This document shows positions 53,481 through 62,623 of a stretch of DNA of 64,000 nt, piece by piece. Position 1 is the first letter of the stretch, and each line of letters starts with the position of its first letter. The position numbers were made by a program, and so were the translations under genes. The notes under the pieces are model-generated. The model saw nothing but the letters and a program-made list of their open reading frames with translations. It was not told the origin of the DNA and searched no databases. Source of the stretch: an uncultured Verrucomicrobiae bacterium (GTDB taxonomy: Bacteria; Verrucomicrobiota; Verrucomicrobiia; Chthoniobacterales; Chthoniobacteraceae); the NCBI GenBank assembly GCA_963836755.1, contig CAWIKF010000002.1, positions 1,184,001-1,248,000 of the forward strand, read 5' to 3'.

Positions 53481-54619
53481 GGGTTTAAGTCGTAGCAGTT
53501 AAAACGCGCCGCCGGTATCTCCAACCGGCCATTTCGCAACATCGGAGTCAACTCCTCCGGCACGGGCGGCAGCTTTGACTCCAGAATTGCGCGGATGGTG
53601 ATGTTTGCAAGTTCATCGTTCGCGGTGTTCGAGAGCACCTTCACATTCGAGGTCACGCCTTCCTGGCTGATCACGAAACTCACCGTCACTTCGCCGGCCG
53701 TGATGAGCCCGCCTTTCTGCCGCACATAATGATTCCACCGCGAGCCGACCATGTTGTGCATCACGGCCTCGTAACGTCCCCGCGGCGTCCCGACCGCGTC
53801 CACGCCGGCCTTGCCGCGCTGCGTGATGCCGCTTTCGATTTGGCCTTTTTCTTTGAAAGCCTGCGTGCCCGGCTCGCTGGACGGCGTGCTCTCCTCGGGC
53901 CGCGCGCGCAATGCCGGAGGCGGAATCAGCTTCGCCACCTGCTCCGGAGTCGGCGTCGGAGTCGCGGGCGCCGGCGAGTTCAGCGGGAGCGGCGTTGGCT
54001 TCCCGAGCGCGAACGTATCCTTCGGCGGCGCGGTCGTCGCGGGCACTGGCGTGGGATTAAAAAAAGGCGTCGCGCGCGGCACACTCGCGTCCGTCAATTC
54101 CTTCGGGATCGGCAGCTTCGGTTTCGGCGTCGGCTGCGCTTTTTCCGCGGTCGATGGTCGAGGCTTTTCTGGCGCGGAGTTCGATTGCTTGGCAATCGCC
54201 ACCGCCGGCTGCTGGCCTTTTCCCATCGAATAATCCTGTGTTTTAAATTCCGTGAACGGCAGTTTTCGCCCGGTCTGCCCCGGCAACGGCGCAGAGCCGG
54301 TCGCCGGCGTTTCACTGCCCGCGTGCGAATTTCTATCCGACTCGAAAACCGCATTCGACGGTGCCTTTTCATCCGGCGTCAAACCATCCGTATCGAGCAG
54401 CGTCCGCGTGTGCGTCGCGCTCTGGTTCGCCGCAATCAATGGCGCTGGCGTTGGCGTCGCAGCAGCCACCAGCTTGACTTCCAGCGGTTCAAAGTTCGGC
54501 GCAGCCTTTGCAAAGTCCATCGGATGCAGGCGCGTCCAAATCATGAGAAATGCGCACCCAAGGACATGCAGAAACAGGGACGCAATGATCGCGATGGTGA
54601 TTTTCTGCCGATCCGACAT
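53477..54619 (-). CDS. TonB/TolA-like energy transducer
   Basis: N-terminal TM SLFLH motif, Pro/Thr-rich spacer, TonB-C-like domain; adjacent to exbBD. Confidence 0.75.
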   Translation of the reverse strand: MSDRQKITIAIIASLFLHVLGCAFLMIWTRLHPMDFAKAAPNFEPLEVKLVAAATPTPAPLIAANQSATHTRTLLDTDGLTPDEKAPSNAVFESDRNSHAGSETPATGSAPLPGQTGRKLPFTEFKTQDYSMGKGQQPAVAIAKQSNSAPEKPRPSTAEKAQPTPKPKLPIPKELTDASVPRATPFFNPTPVPATTAPPKDTFALGKPTPLPLNSPAPATPTPTPEQVAKLIPPPALRARPEESTPSSEPGTQAFKEKGQIESGITQRGKAGVDAVGTPRGRYEAVMHNMVGSRWNHYVRQKGGLITAGEVTVSFVISQEGVTSNVKVLSNTANDELANITIRAILESKLPPVPEELTPMLRNGRLEIPAARFNCYDLNP

Positions 54620-54667
54620 GGAAGGTGGAAAGTAAATTCCTGCATGCATGGACGCAAATCTTTCGGG

Positions 54668-55381
54668 TTACGTTTCGAGCGCGCGGATGACGCCGGACGC
54701 GAGCGCGCCGATCACGTCAAACTTTGAAATTTGCACGCACCATTCCACTTCCTCGCCGCGAGATTTTGCGACGAGCGCGCGGCCGTTTCGCGCGCCGCGC
54801 ACCGCTTCCAAAATGTTGCCTCGATGCTCGCGATAAACAGCGGCAGCGACTTGCGCGGAATCGGTCGGTTCGCTCGCGAAGCCGCATGAACAAAGCATTC
54901 CCGCCGCAAGCACATCCTCCATTGCAACTTCACGAAAAGTTCCTGCGCAAATCAGCAGCACTTCCGGCGGCGACGACTGTTGTAAAAAATCGACCAGCGC
55001 GTTCATGTTCAAAAGTGCTCCGACGAGCACGAGCCGCGCATGTTCGCAAGCGCGCAGCGCGATCGTCCCATTCGTCGTCGTGGTGATGATTTGCGCACCG
55101 GTGACGTTGCGATATTCCAGCGGTGAATTTCCAATGTCGAAGCCGTCGATTTTGTCGCCGTTCCTTTCGCCACCGAGCTTCGCGCGTGGCAACCGAGTCT
55201 TCATTTCCAGCGCTTCCTCGATCGTTCGCGCGGGAAAAATCTCCGCAACGCCGTGCGCAAGCCCTGTGATCATCGATGAAGTCGCGCGCAACACGTCGAA
55301 AACGATCACCGTCGTCTCCCGCAAATCGCGCTGTGGAAGCAAATCAATTTCTGCGGGATTGAGGACGACATCGATTTTCAT
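54668..55381 (-). CDS. comB: 2-phosphosulfolactate phosphatase family protein
   Basis: DVLRATS, GGER, GNSP, TTTNGT, ED..AAG. Confidence 0.88.
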   Translation of the reverse strand: MKIDVVLNPAEIDLLPQRDLRETTVIVFDVLRATSSMITGLAHGVAEIFPARTIEEALEMKTRLPRAKLGGERNGDKIDGFDIGNSPLEYRNVTGAQIITTTTNGTIALRACEHARLVLVGALLNMNALVDFLQQSSPPEVLLICAGTFREVAMEDVLAAGMLCSCGFASEPTDSAQVAAAVYREHRGNILEAVRGARNGRALVAKSRGEEVEWCVQISKFDVIGALASGVIRALET

Positions 55382-56220
55382 CGCGCGCTTTTTTTACGCG
55401 TCGAGCGTGCGTGATGAAACAAGTATTGCTGCGCGTAGCCGCCAAACTCCCCGAAGTATGTTTGCGAAAATTCGCGCAACCGCGCGGCGGTTACTTTTCG
55501 TTTTCGCGGGAAATAAATCTCGCGCAAAACGCGTTCGATCCAGACGTCGATCGGAAAGGCCCGCACGCGCTCGAACGCGAAAAGGAGCACGCAGTTTGCA
55601 ACTTTTTCGCCGACGCCCGGAAGGCGACAAAGTTCTGCTCGCGCGGCTTCATCACTGAGCACACCAATTTTTTCCAAGTCGATTTCGCCGCTCGCGATCA
55701 TGTGCGCAGTCGCAAGCAAATTTTTCGCGCGATAGCCCAGCGCGCAACTGCGCAGTTCCTCTTCATTGCTCTTCGCAAGCCGCTTCGCGGGCGGATAGCT
55801 GAACAATTCTGCCCCGCGAAAACTGAGCCGCTTCCCAAATCGCCGCCGCAGCGTTTGCGAGATTTGCGCGATGTGCGCGACCTGTTTCATCGACGATGTG
55901 ATGAAAGTCGCGAGGCATTCCCACGCCGGCTGGCGGATAATTCGCAGGCCGCGACAAAACGCGAGCGCATCGCTCATCGTGGGATCAGAAGGGAACGTTT
56001 GGTAAATTTTCGTTAACGGATGATCGAGCGCGAAATAATGCGCGACAAAGTTTGGGTCGGCGTCGGTGAAAAGTTCCGCGCCGCGCTGTTCAACATAAAC
56101 CGGCACGTCGCCAATCGCGCCGACGAAGCCCGGGCCGAGCGGGTGCCAATTAAAAACCTGACCGCATTGGAGCGTGACCGCGAGGTTGAAATCGGGCGCG
56201 GCGACGCGCGCGTAGGTCAT
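55378..56220 (-). CDS. 8-oxoguanine DNA glycosylase (OGG1-like, HhH-GPD)
   Basis: TLQCGQVF, LPGVGEKVANC, FPIDVW, GYAQQYLF. Confidence 0.88.
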   Translation of the reverse strand: MTYARVAAPDFNLAVTLQCGQVFNWHPLGPGFVGAIGDVPVYVEQRGAELFTDADPNFVAHYFALDHPLTKIYQTFPSDPTMSDALAFCRGLRIIRQPAWECLATFITSSMKQVAHIAQISQTLRRRFGKRLSFRGAELFSYPPAKRLAKSNEEELRSCALGYRAKNLLATAHMIASGEIDLEKIGVLSDEAARAELCRLPGVGEKVANCVLLFAFERVRAFPIDVWIERVLREIYFPRKRKVTAARLREFSQTYFGEFGGYAQQYLFHHARSTRKKSAR

Positions 56221-56837
56221 TGCACGAAGTAGCTCAAGTTTTCGAGCTCGAGAGCGAGATCCACGTTGTTCACGACGACACCGTCGGACACGTTTAGGAC
56301 CACTGGCGAAAAATTCAGGATGCCGGTAATGCCTGCGGCGATGAGTTCCTCGGCGACTTGTTGCGCGACCGGGCCGGGCACCGTGAGGATCGCGAGCTTG
56401 ACGCGCTTATCGCGCACGAAGCCGCGTAGTTTCGACATTGGCAGCAAACGCACCCGCATTTCACGCGCGCTTTTTTTCGGCGGCAAAATGTCGAACGCAG
56501 CGAGGATATCGAAGCCCTCTTTCGTGAAGCCGCCGTAGCGCAAAAGCGCCGCGCCGAGATTGCCCGCGCCGACGAGGATCACCGGTTGCAGCCGCGTGGC
56601 GCCGAGCGCTTCGTTGAGTTTTGCGCGGAGCGCGATGACGTTGTAGCCAAGTCCGCGCGTGCCGAATTGCCCGAAATGCGTGAGGTCTTTGCGCAGTTGC
56701 GTCGGCTTTACGCCGGCGGCTTTCGCGAGCGCGGCGGAGGAGACGGTGCGGATGTTCGCGGCGCTGAGCTGCTGGAGCGCGCGGTAGTAAAGCGATAGCC
56801 GGTAAACCGTTTTTCGGGGAATGAGCAGTCGCGACAC
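56217..56837 (-). CDS. rex: Redox-sensing transcriptional repressor Rex
   Basis: RLSLYYR, QLRKDL..FG.FGTRGLGY, GAGNLG, GILNFSP; GTG start inferred. Confidence 0.93.
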   Translation of the reverse strand: MSRLLIPRKTVYRLSLYYRALQQLSAANIRTVSSAALAKAAGVKPTQLRKDLTHFGQFGTRGLGYNVIALRAKLNEALGATRLQPVILVGAGNLGAALLRYGGFTKEGFDILAAFDILPPKKSAREMRVRLLPMSKLRGFVRDKRVKLAILTVPGPVAQQVAEELIAAGITGILNFSPVVLNVSDGVVVNNVDLALELENLSYFVQ

Positions 56838-56927
56838 GGCGAAAAAAAGCTCCGCGAAGGTGCGTGACTTTGCGTGCAAAGGCAAGTGCCGGTTGAATTA
56901 GCAGCACGAAACGGTCATCGTCGGCTC

Positions 56928-57683
56928 ATGCGACTCAATCGTTTTCTCGCCGCCGCTGGTTTCGGCTCGCGTCGCGGCTGCGAGGAATTGATCCGCGACG
57001 GGCGCGTCACCATCAATGGCCAGGTCTGCATAAAGATGGCAACGGAGGTCGCGGATGCCGATTTCGTCAAGGTCGATGGCAAACGCGCGGCTGGCGAGAA
57101 ACGGCTCCACGTCTTGCTTCACAAGCCACGCGGCTACATTTGCACCGCATCGGACGAGCACGACCGTCGCACGATTTTTGATCTGCTGCCGCGAAATTGG
57201 CCGCGCGTTTTTCATGTCGGCAGGCTCGACAAGGAAAGTTCCGGGCTGCTGATTTTGACGAACGACGGCGATCTTTCGCTGCGGCTCACGCATCCGCGTT
57301 TCAAAATCGAAAAGGAATACGCGGTGCTGCTCGATCGTGCGTTCGCGTCCGCAGACCGTGGCAAGTTGTTAAACGGTGTGCGGATCGAGGGCGGCCTCGC
57401 GCGCGCGGAGTCGGTGAGCTGGCTTTCGCCAAAGGCGCTGCGCGTGGTGCTGCGGCAGGGGCTGAAGCGGCAGATTCGCCTGATGTTTCGCGAGCTTGGC
57501 TATGAGGTCAAAGAATTGGTGCGCACCAGAATCGGTTTACTGCAGCTCGAGAATCTGCCCGCAGGAAAGTGGCGATTTTTGACGCCGGCCGAAGTGGCTG
57601 CGCTCACAGCGCAGGAGCCCGAAAAGCCAGTCCGTGCGCCGCGGCCACGGCGTGATTTGCCAGCACGCCATCCATCAAGTTGA
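56928..57683 (+). CDS. RsuA/RluB family pseudouridine synthase
   Basis: S4 domain MRLNRFLA..GSRR, VGRLDKES, KRQIR. Confidence 0.92.
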   Translation: MRLNRFLAAAGFGSRRGCEELIRDGRVTINGQVCIKMATEVADADFVKVDGKRAAGEKRLHVLLHKPRGYICTASDEHDRRTIFDLLPRNWPRVFHVGRLDKESSGLLILTNDGDLSLRLTHPRFKIEKEYAVLLDRAFASADRGKLLNGVRIEGGLARAESVSWLSPKALRVVLRQGLKRQIRLMFRELGYEVKELVRTRIGLLQLENLPAGKWRFLTPAEVAALTAQEPEKPVRAPRPRRDLPARHPSS

Positions 57684-58704
57684 TTCCGGAGATCAGCTCC
57701 GGATGCCGTTCACAAGCGGTTTTGAGGCCAAAGTTCGCAAGCGCCTCGAGATACGGGAATGTGACGTTCGTTAACGCTTGTGTCGCAGTGCGCGCATACG
57801 CGGCAGGCATGTTCGCGACGCAGTAGTGCGTGATTTGTTCTTCCACGAAAACGGGAGCGTCGTGCGTGGTGGGATGCGAAGTTTCCGCGCAACCGCCTTG
57901 GTCGATCGCGATGTCGACAAAGACGCTGCCGGGCTTCATCGCGCGGAGCATGTCGCGCTTGATCAACTTTGGCGCCTTCGCACCGGGCAGCAGCACTGCG
58001 CCGACGAGGAGATCGACGCGCGGTAGCAATTCGATGAGATGCGCTTCGCTCGAATAAAGCGTGTGCGCGGTCTGCATCGTGATGTCGAGAAAACGCATCC
58101 GCTCGACATCGACCTCGAGGATCGTCACATCAGCGCCGAGGCCAGTGGCCATGCGGGCTGCGTTCACGCCGGCTGATCCACCGCCTAGCACGACCACGCG
58201 GCCCGGCAGCACGCCGGGCACGCCGCCGAGCAGCACGCCCGTGCCGCCGCAATGCTTCGCGAGAAAATATCCGCCGACGATGATCGACATGCGCCCCGCG
58301 ATTTCGCTCATCGGCTCGAGCAGCGGCAGGCGATGTTTGACTTCGACGGTTTCGTAGGCCAGCGCGGTGACGCCGGATGCGAGCAGCGCGTCGGTAAGCG
58401 TGCGATTCGCGGCGAGATGGAGATAGGTGAAAAGAATTTGCCCGCGCCGGAACAGATCATATTCCTGCGGCAGCGGTTCCTTCACTTTCACAATCAAATC
58501 CGCGCGCGCGAAAATCTCCTCGTGCCCCGAGACAAGCTGCGCTCCGGCACTTTCGTAATCCGAATCGGCGAAGCCGGAGCCGATGCCGGCGGACTTTTCG
58601 ACGATGACTTCGTGTCCGTTTTTGATGAGCTGATAAGCGGCCGAGGGGAGCAGTGCGACGCGGCTCTCCTGCTCCTTGATTTCCCGCGGAACGCCGATGA
58701 CCAT
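57604..58704 (-). CDS. ald: Alanine dehydrogenase
   Basis: GVPREIK..ESRV, KVKEP, YLHLAA, PMSEIAG, AIDQGG, YCVANMP. Confidence 0.95.
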   Translation of the reverse strand: MVIGVPREIKEQESRVALLPSAAYQLIKNGHEVIVEKSAGIGSGFADSDYESAGAQLVSGHEEIFARADLIVKVKEPLPQEYDLFRRGQILFTYLHLAANRTLTDALLASGVTALAYETVEVKHRLPLLEPMSEIAGRMSIIVGGYFLAKHCGGTGVLLGGVPGVLPGRVVVLGGGSAGVNAARMATGLGADVTILEVDVERMRFLDITMQTAHTLYSSEAHLIELLPRVDLLVGAVLLPGAKAPKLIKRDMLRAMKPGSVFVDIAIDQGGCAETSHPTTHDAPVFVEEQITHYCVANMPAAYARTATQALTNVTFPYLEALANFGLKTACERHPELISGINLMDGVLANHAVAAAHGLAFRAPAL

Positions 58705-59255
58705 TAATTTCTCGACGGATCGTCGGGTGCGGCGGCGAGCAGCCGGAACCACGGCCCCTGCTCGCGCATGATGGTCGGCCAAAGTTCCTTGCACTTTTCC
58801 AAATCGAGCAAATCGCGGTCCGGCTTTTGCACGAGCCATGCCTTTTGAGCCAGCTCCGCTTCGAGCTGACCGCGGCTCCAGCCGGCGTAACCAATGAACG
58901 CACGCACCGCCTCGAAATGATTGGCGGCGAGCTCGCGTGCCTCGTCGATGAGCAAATGCGTGCGGCAGACAATGGCGTCGTCGCGCCACGTCAGCGAAGC
59001 GAACATGAGCTGATCGCCTGAAACTGGTCCGCCGAAAAAAACCGGCACGTCGCCCAGCATGTGCGTCTCCTGTTCCGGCAGAAAATCGCCGACACTCTTT
59101 TCCGTCGGGCGATTGAGAACAAAGCCGAACGAGCCTTCCTGAGTGTCATTCGCGGAAATGTAGAGCACCGTGCGGCGGAAATTCGGATCGAGCAAGTTCG
59201 GATGCGCGATCAGAAGCGAGTTCGCGAGGCCGAGCGATTTAGGAAATTCGCGCAC
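58704..59255 (-). CDS. YqgE/AlgH family protein
   Basis: DPNFRRTV, GFVLNRP, FGGPV, GYAGWSRGQLEAE, PSRN end. Confidence 0.9.
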   Translation of the reverse strand: MREFPKSLGLANSLLIAHPNLLDPNFRRTVLYISANDTQEGSFGFVLNRPTEKSVGDFLPEQETHMLGDVPVFFGGPVSGDQLMFASLTWRDDAIVCRTHLLIDEARELAANHFEAVRAFIGYAGWSRGQLEAELAQKAWLVQKPDRDLLDLEKCKELWPTIMREQGPWFRLLAAAPDDPSRN

Positions 59256-59373
59256 GGGAATAGGGTTTCATTGAGGCTGTATCTCGGCAAGCTTCCGCTC
59301 TGAAATAAACGCGCGCCATCGCGCAAACGCGCTTGCATGGCATGGCAAGCTTCGCCATGTTGTCGCGCTCTGC

Positions 59374-59445
59374 GGCGGGGTAGCCAAGTGGTAAGGCCGA
59401 GGTCTGCAAAACCTCTATTCGCGGGTTCGATTCCCGCCCCCGCCT
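59374..59445 (+). tRNA. tRNA-Cys(GCA)
   Basis: Acceptor GGCGGGG/CCCCGCC, anticodon arm GAGGT-CTGCAAA-ACCTC, discriminator U. Confidence 0.96.
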
Positions 59446-59536
59446 CTCTTTGAAATCTTTGTTCCGCGCGGAAAAAAAGGCTTTCACTTTTCCGATTGCG
59501 AGCGACCCGCCCGATGTTAAAAACGATCGGGCAAAA

Positions 59537-59621
59537 GCCGATGTGGCGGAATGGCAGACGCAACGGACTTAAAATCCGTTGACCTTAACGGGTCGTGCGG
59601 GTTCGAGTCCCGCCATCGGCA
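59537..59621 (+). tRNA. tRNA-Leu(TAA)
   Basis: Acceptor GCCGATG/CATCGGC, anticodon arm ACGGA-CTTAAAA-TCCGT, long variable arm. Confidence 0.96.
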
Positions 59622-59634
59622 GCTTGCGCGCCAG

Positions 59635-61098
59635 CTAAGGCTGCAGCAGTCGATTGAGCGTATACCAACCGGTCGAGTTCGTCAGTGATTCGCCGGTCTG
59701 ACTGCGCACTCCTTTGGCTGTGATTTGGTAAACCTCGCCTTTGATCAGTGGCATCTGGATGTCGACGGACTTTGCATCGGAGGAGACTGCCAGCTGCGTC
59801 GGAACTGTCGCAGCTTCTCCGAATTTATTCGAGCCATAAGCAGGATGGTAGTCGTAATGCCAGTGTTTGAGTTCATACGAAGCGGCGCTGGCGGCGGCTT
59901 CCGCATTGACCGGCTTTGTGAAGCTGACTTTGAAGCCAGTAGGTGTGAGATGGATGTTATCAATCTCAAAAGGGGTGGTATGTCCGTCCCACGATAGGCG
60001 TTCGAAGCCCCACGGTTTCCCGCTGGCGACGCCCCAGCCGTGATCGACCTCTCCCATCCAAAGGCTGCCGTCGGGGGCGAACGCGCCACGGATGTAACCG
60101 CTTTGCAATCCGTTGCCGAAGTTATACACAGTGCCTTGGTATTCTCCGCCGATCTTTTCAATGGTCGCGCGCATCATATTGCACTTCGTTTGATCGCCGA
60201 AGAAGATCTGGTTCTCGAAAGGACCAAACTTTCCATGGGTGTAGTCGAAAACCGGTTGCGCCGGACAATTCGCAAGCTCGCCATAAGGCACCCAAAGCAC
60301 AGGCGCCGTAGTCATCTTCTTGAAGTCGGCGATCGGCACTTTGTTGAGATCACGGCCGGCGAAATCTGCGCGATCGGCCAGCGATGATGGGTGCAGGTAA
60401 AAGCGGTCCTTTACCAGTTGGAAGAGAGGGGAAGTCGCAACCCAATCCCCTTGGCTATCCATGATGAAGATTTCGTTTTTGTCATTGACCGCAAGCCCGA
60501 CCGGCGACCGGAAACCCGAAGCATAGGGGACAAACTTTCCGTCGGGAGTGATCTGCACCACCCAGCCGCGCCATGGCGAGGGATGAGTCATCGTGCTGCC
60601 GCGCACTCCGCCGGGGCCGCCATGGCCGAGGTTAAGCGCGACGTATAAATTTCCTTCCGCATCTCGCACGGGCCCATGCGCAAACTCATGGTAGTTGCCG
60701 TCAAAGCCCCAGTCGCCATTGATGCGGCGGTAAAGGTCTGCCGTCCCGTCGCCGTCCTCATCGACGAGCTCGGTCAACTCGGGACGCTGGGAGACAAAGA
60801 TGTGGCCTGGCTTCTTATCGACAAGCACGCCAAGCGGCTCTTGTAGTCCGCGCGCGAAGATGTGCCATTCGGGCTTTGAGTTCTCGACCTTCCTGGTCCA
60901 TACATCGCCATCTCGTGTGCAAAGATAGAGTGTGCCGTTGGCGGCAAAGTCGAGACCGGTGACCTCGAATGGGATACCTTCCGGCACTGGAATGCTTTCG
61001 ATATGATAGCCGGGCGGAAACACAGCCGGCGGCATCGGCGCCGCTTGCAAGAGCGAAGTGCCACTTAGCAAGAGGAATAGAGTAAGTAGTTTCTTCAC
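59635..61098 (-). CDS. Secreted beta-propeller protein (PVC-type glucose/sorbosone dehydrogenase-like)
   Basis: Signal peptide; FARGLQEPLG, DEDGDGTAD, NYHEFAHG, SGFRSPVG, DSQGDW. Confidence 0.72.
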   Translation of the reverse strand: MKKLLTLFLLLSGTSLLQAAPMPPAVFPPGYHIESIPVPEGIPFEVTGLDFAANGTLYLCTRDGDVWTRKVENSKPEWHIFARGLQEPLGVLVDKKPGHIFVSQRPELTELVDEDGDGTADLYRRINGDWGFDGNYHEFAHGPVRDAEGNLYVALNLGHGGPGGVRGSTMTHPSPWRGWVVQITPDGKFVPYASGFRSPVGLAVNDKNEIFIMDSQGDWVATSPLFQLVKDRFYLHPSSLADRADFAGRDLNKVPIADFKKMTTAPVLWVPYGELANCPAQPVFDYTHGKFGPFENQIFFGDQTKCNMMRATIEKIGGEYQGTVYNFGNGLQSGYIRGAFAPDGSLWMGEVDHGWGVASGKPWGFERLSWDGHTTPFEIDNIHLTPTGFKVSFTKPVNAEAAASAASYELKHWHYDYHPAYGSNKFGEAATVPTQLAVSSDAKSVDIQMPLIKGEVYQITAKGVRSQTGESLTNSTGWYTLNRLLQP

Positions 61099-62615
61099 GG
61101 CTTTTCAGTAGGGTGGGTTGTAGCGGCGAGAGTTACCGAGAACTTTGACGCCTTGTCCGCAGGAACGGTTAATACGTTTCCGTCGAAGGAACCGGCACTC
61201 GATACAGCCTTGTTGGCACCGCTGGTGGTTACGAAGCGAACAGGTCCCGGCGGGTTATCCATCTGGAAGCTCAACGTCACGCGATGAGCCTCGAGAGGAG
61301 TTCCTGGAGCTGCAGCTACTGTCTCGGTAACTTTGGTTCCATCCACCGTGAACATGATTTGCGGCGAGGCTTGCATCCGATAGCCGAGGAACTTCACGAC
61401 CGGCTTGTCATTCGTCCCGATTCGCAACGGAAACCCGTCATAGCCCAAAGTAAAGGTCTCGCCAAGCGGGTTACAAGTCTTGCCGCCGCGCGCATCGCGA
61501 TTCGGGCCTACATCGAGAAACGAGCCAGTCCAAACATAGCGCACGGCGCACTGCCTGAGATCAAAGCAGTAGTTAAGACCTCCCACCAAACCTACTGCCA
61601 TCGAGACGGGCGAGGTATTAGGCAGCAGCACGCGCACGATCCTCGGTGCATCGGTTACCTCCACCACATCGGGCCTTGCAAGCCGCTCCGTGAGAACCTT
61701 GCGCCTGACGTCCGGCGCCGATACATATAAGGCGAGGTCGGGCTCGGAACTGGTTGAGTAAAAGCGAAGCCTCATCGCATGATCGCCCTTATTGAGTTTG
61801 ATCTTGCCGGTTTTCTCCGCGAGTGAGCTTGTGACGACAAGGTTGCCATCCATGGTCAGGTCGCCTTTTTGCACAGCCGTCAGGCCGAAAGTATATTCGG
61901 CTGTGACAGGCGCGACGAAAGTAGCGTCGAAGACGTAGTCAAAGATCCCGCGCGGATTGGCGACACCGATGCTGAAAAGGTTGTTCTTGATCGCACCTTC
62001 CTTGGTTGGCTTGATGGCGTCGGGATTAGGCAGGTCATCGAGCTTGGTATCATAGTAGCGAAACTTTACATCCTTGAGAGATGCAGTCTGCTGCGCGTCT
62101 CTGTGAGCTGTCACTTTCATGAAGCCCTTCATCGTCATCGCATGGCCGGGAACAGTGCAGACGAAAGGATACTCGCCCTCCGCTGCGGGAGCCTTGAAGT
62201 AGATCGTGTTGCTTTTGCCGGGATCGACCAGGTTTACATGGTCCAGCACATCGGGACTGTCCGGGATGAATTGCTTCTTGAGCGCGTCATCACCCATCGC
62301 CCAAGCCTTTTGCGCCACGCTAAGGCCAGCGTCATTCGATGGCTTACAGATGACGAGATTGTGCTGCATGATGTCAGGGTTCTTCAACGTCAGCTTCACG
62401 TTGCTATTAGGCTTCACGGAAAAAGACGGAGTATCGTAAGCCATCTTTCCGGGGACAACACCGACCGTCACCGATTCATCGATCTTGCCGAACCCCGCGG
62501 GCGCGTCTTGGGCGAAAGTTGGATAGCCAATAGCGAAAGCCATCAGCACGAACAGCCCGCGCGTCACGCGAAGAAGGAATGGGGAGTTAGCTTGTCGAGG
62601 ACTGATATGATCCAT
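61095..62615 (-). CDS. Secreted azurin/auracyanin-like blue-copper protein with PA14-like and further beta domains
   Basis: MQHNLV and CTVPGHAMTM give a full His-Cys-His-Met type-1 Cu site; F.AP....YTF.L PA14-like segment. Confidence 0.78.
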   Translation of the reverse strand: MDHISPRQANSPFLLRVTRGLFVLMAFAIGYPTFAQDAPAGFGKIDESVTVGVVPGKMAYDTPSFSVKPNSNVKLTLKNPDIMQHNLVICKPSNDAGLSVAQKAWAMGDDALKKQFIPDSPDVLDHVNLVDPGKSNTIYFKAPAAEGEYPFVCTVPGHAMTMKGFMKVTAHRDAQQTASLKDVKFRYYDTKLDDLPNPDAIKPTKEGAIKNNLFSIGVANPRGIFDYVFDATFVAPVTAEYTFGLTAVQKGDLTMDGNLVVTSSLAEKTGKIKLNKGDHAMRLRFYSTSSEPDLALYVSAPDVRRKVLTERLARPDVVEVTDAPRIVRVLLPNTSPVSMAVGLVGGLNYCFDLRQCAVRYVWTGSFLDVGPNRDARGGKTCNPLGETFTLGYDGFPLRIGTNDKPVVKFLGYRMQASPQIMFTVDGTKVTETVAAAPGTPLEAHRVTLSFQMDNPPGPVRFVTTSGANKAVSSAGSFDGNVLTVPADKASKFSVTLAATTHPTEKP

Positions 62616-62623
62616 GAGAAGCC

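Noticed and set aside
53729..54727. Long Arg-rich antisense ORFs here and throughout the window
   Set aside because: Shadow ORFs of real genes in high-GC DNA, without recognisable motifs
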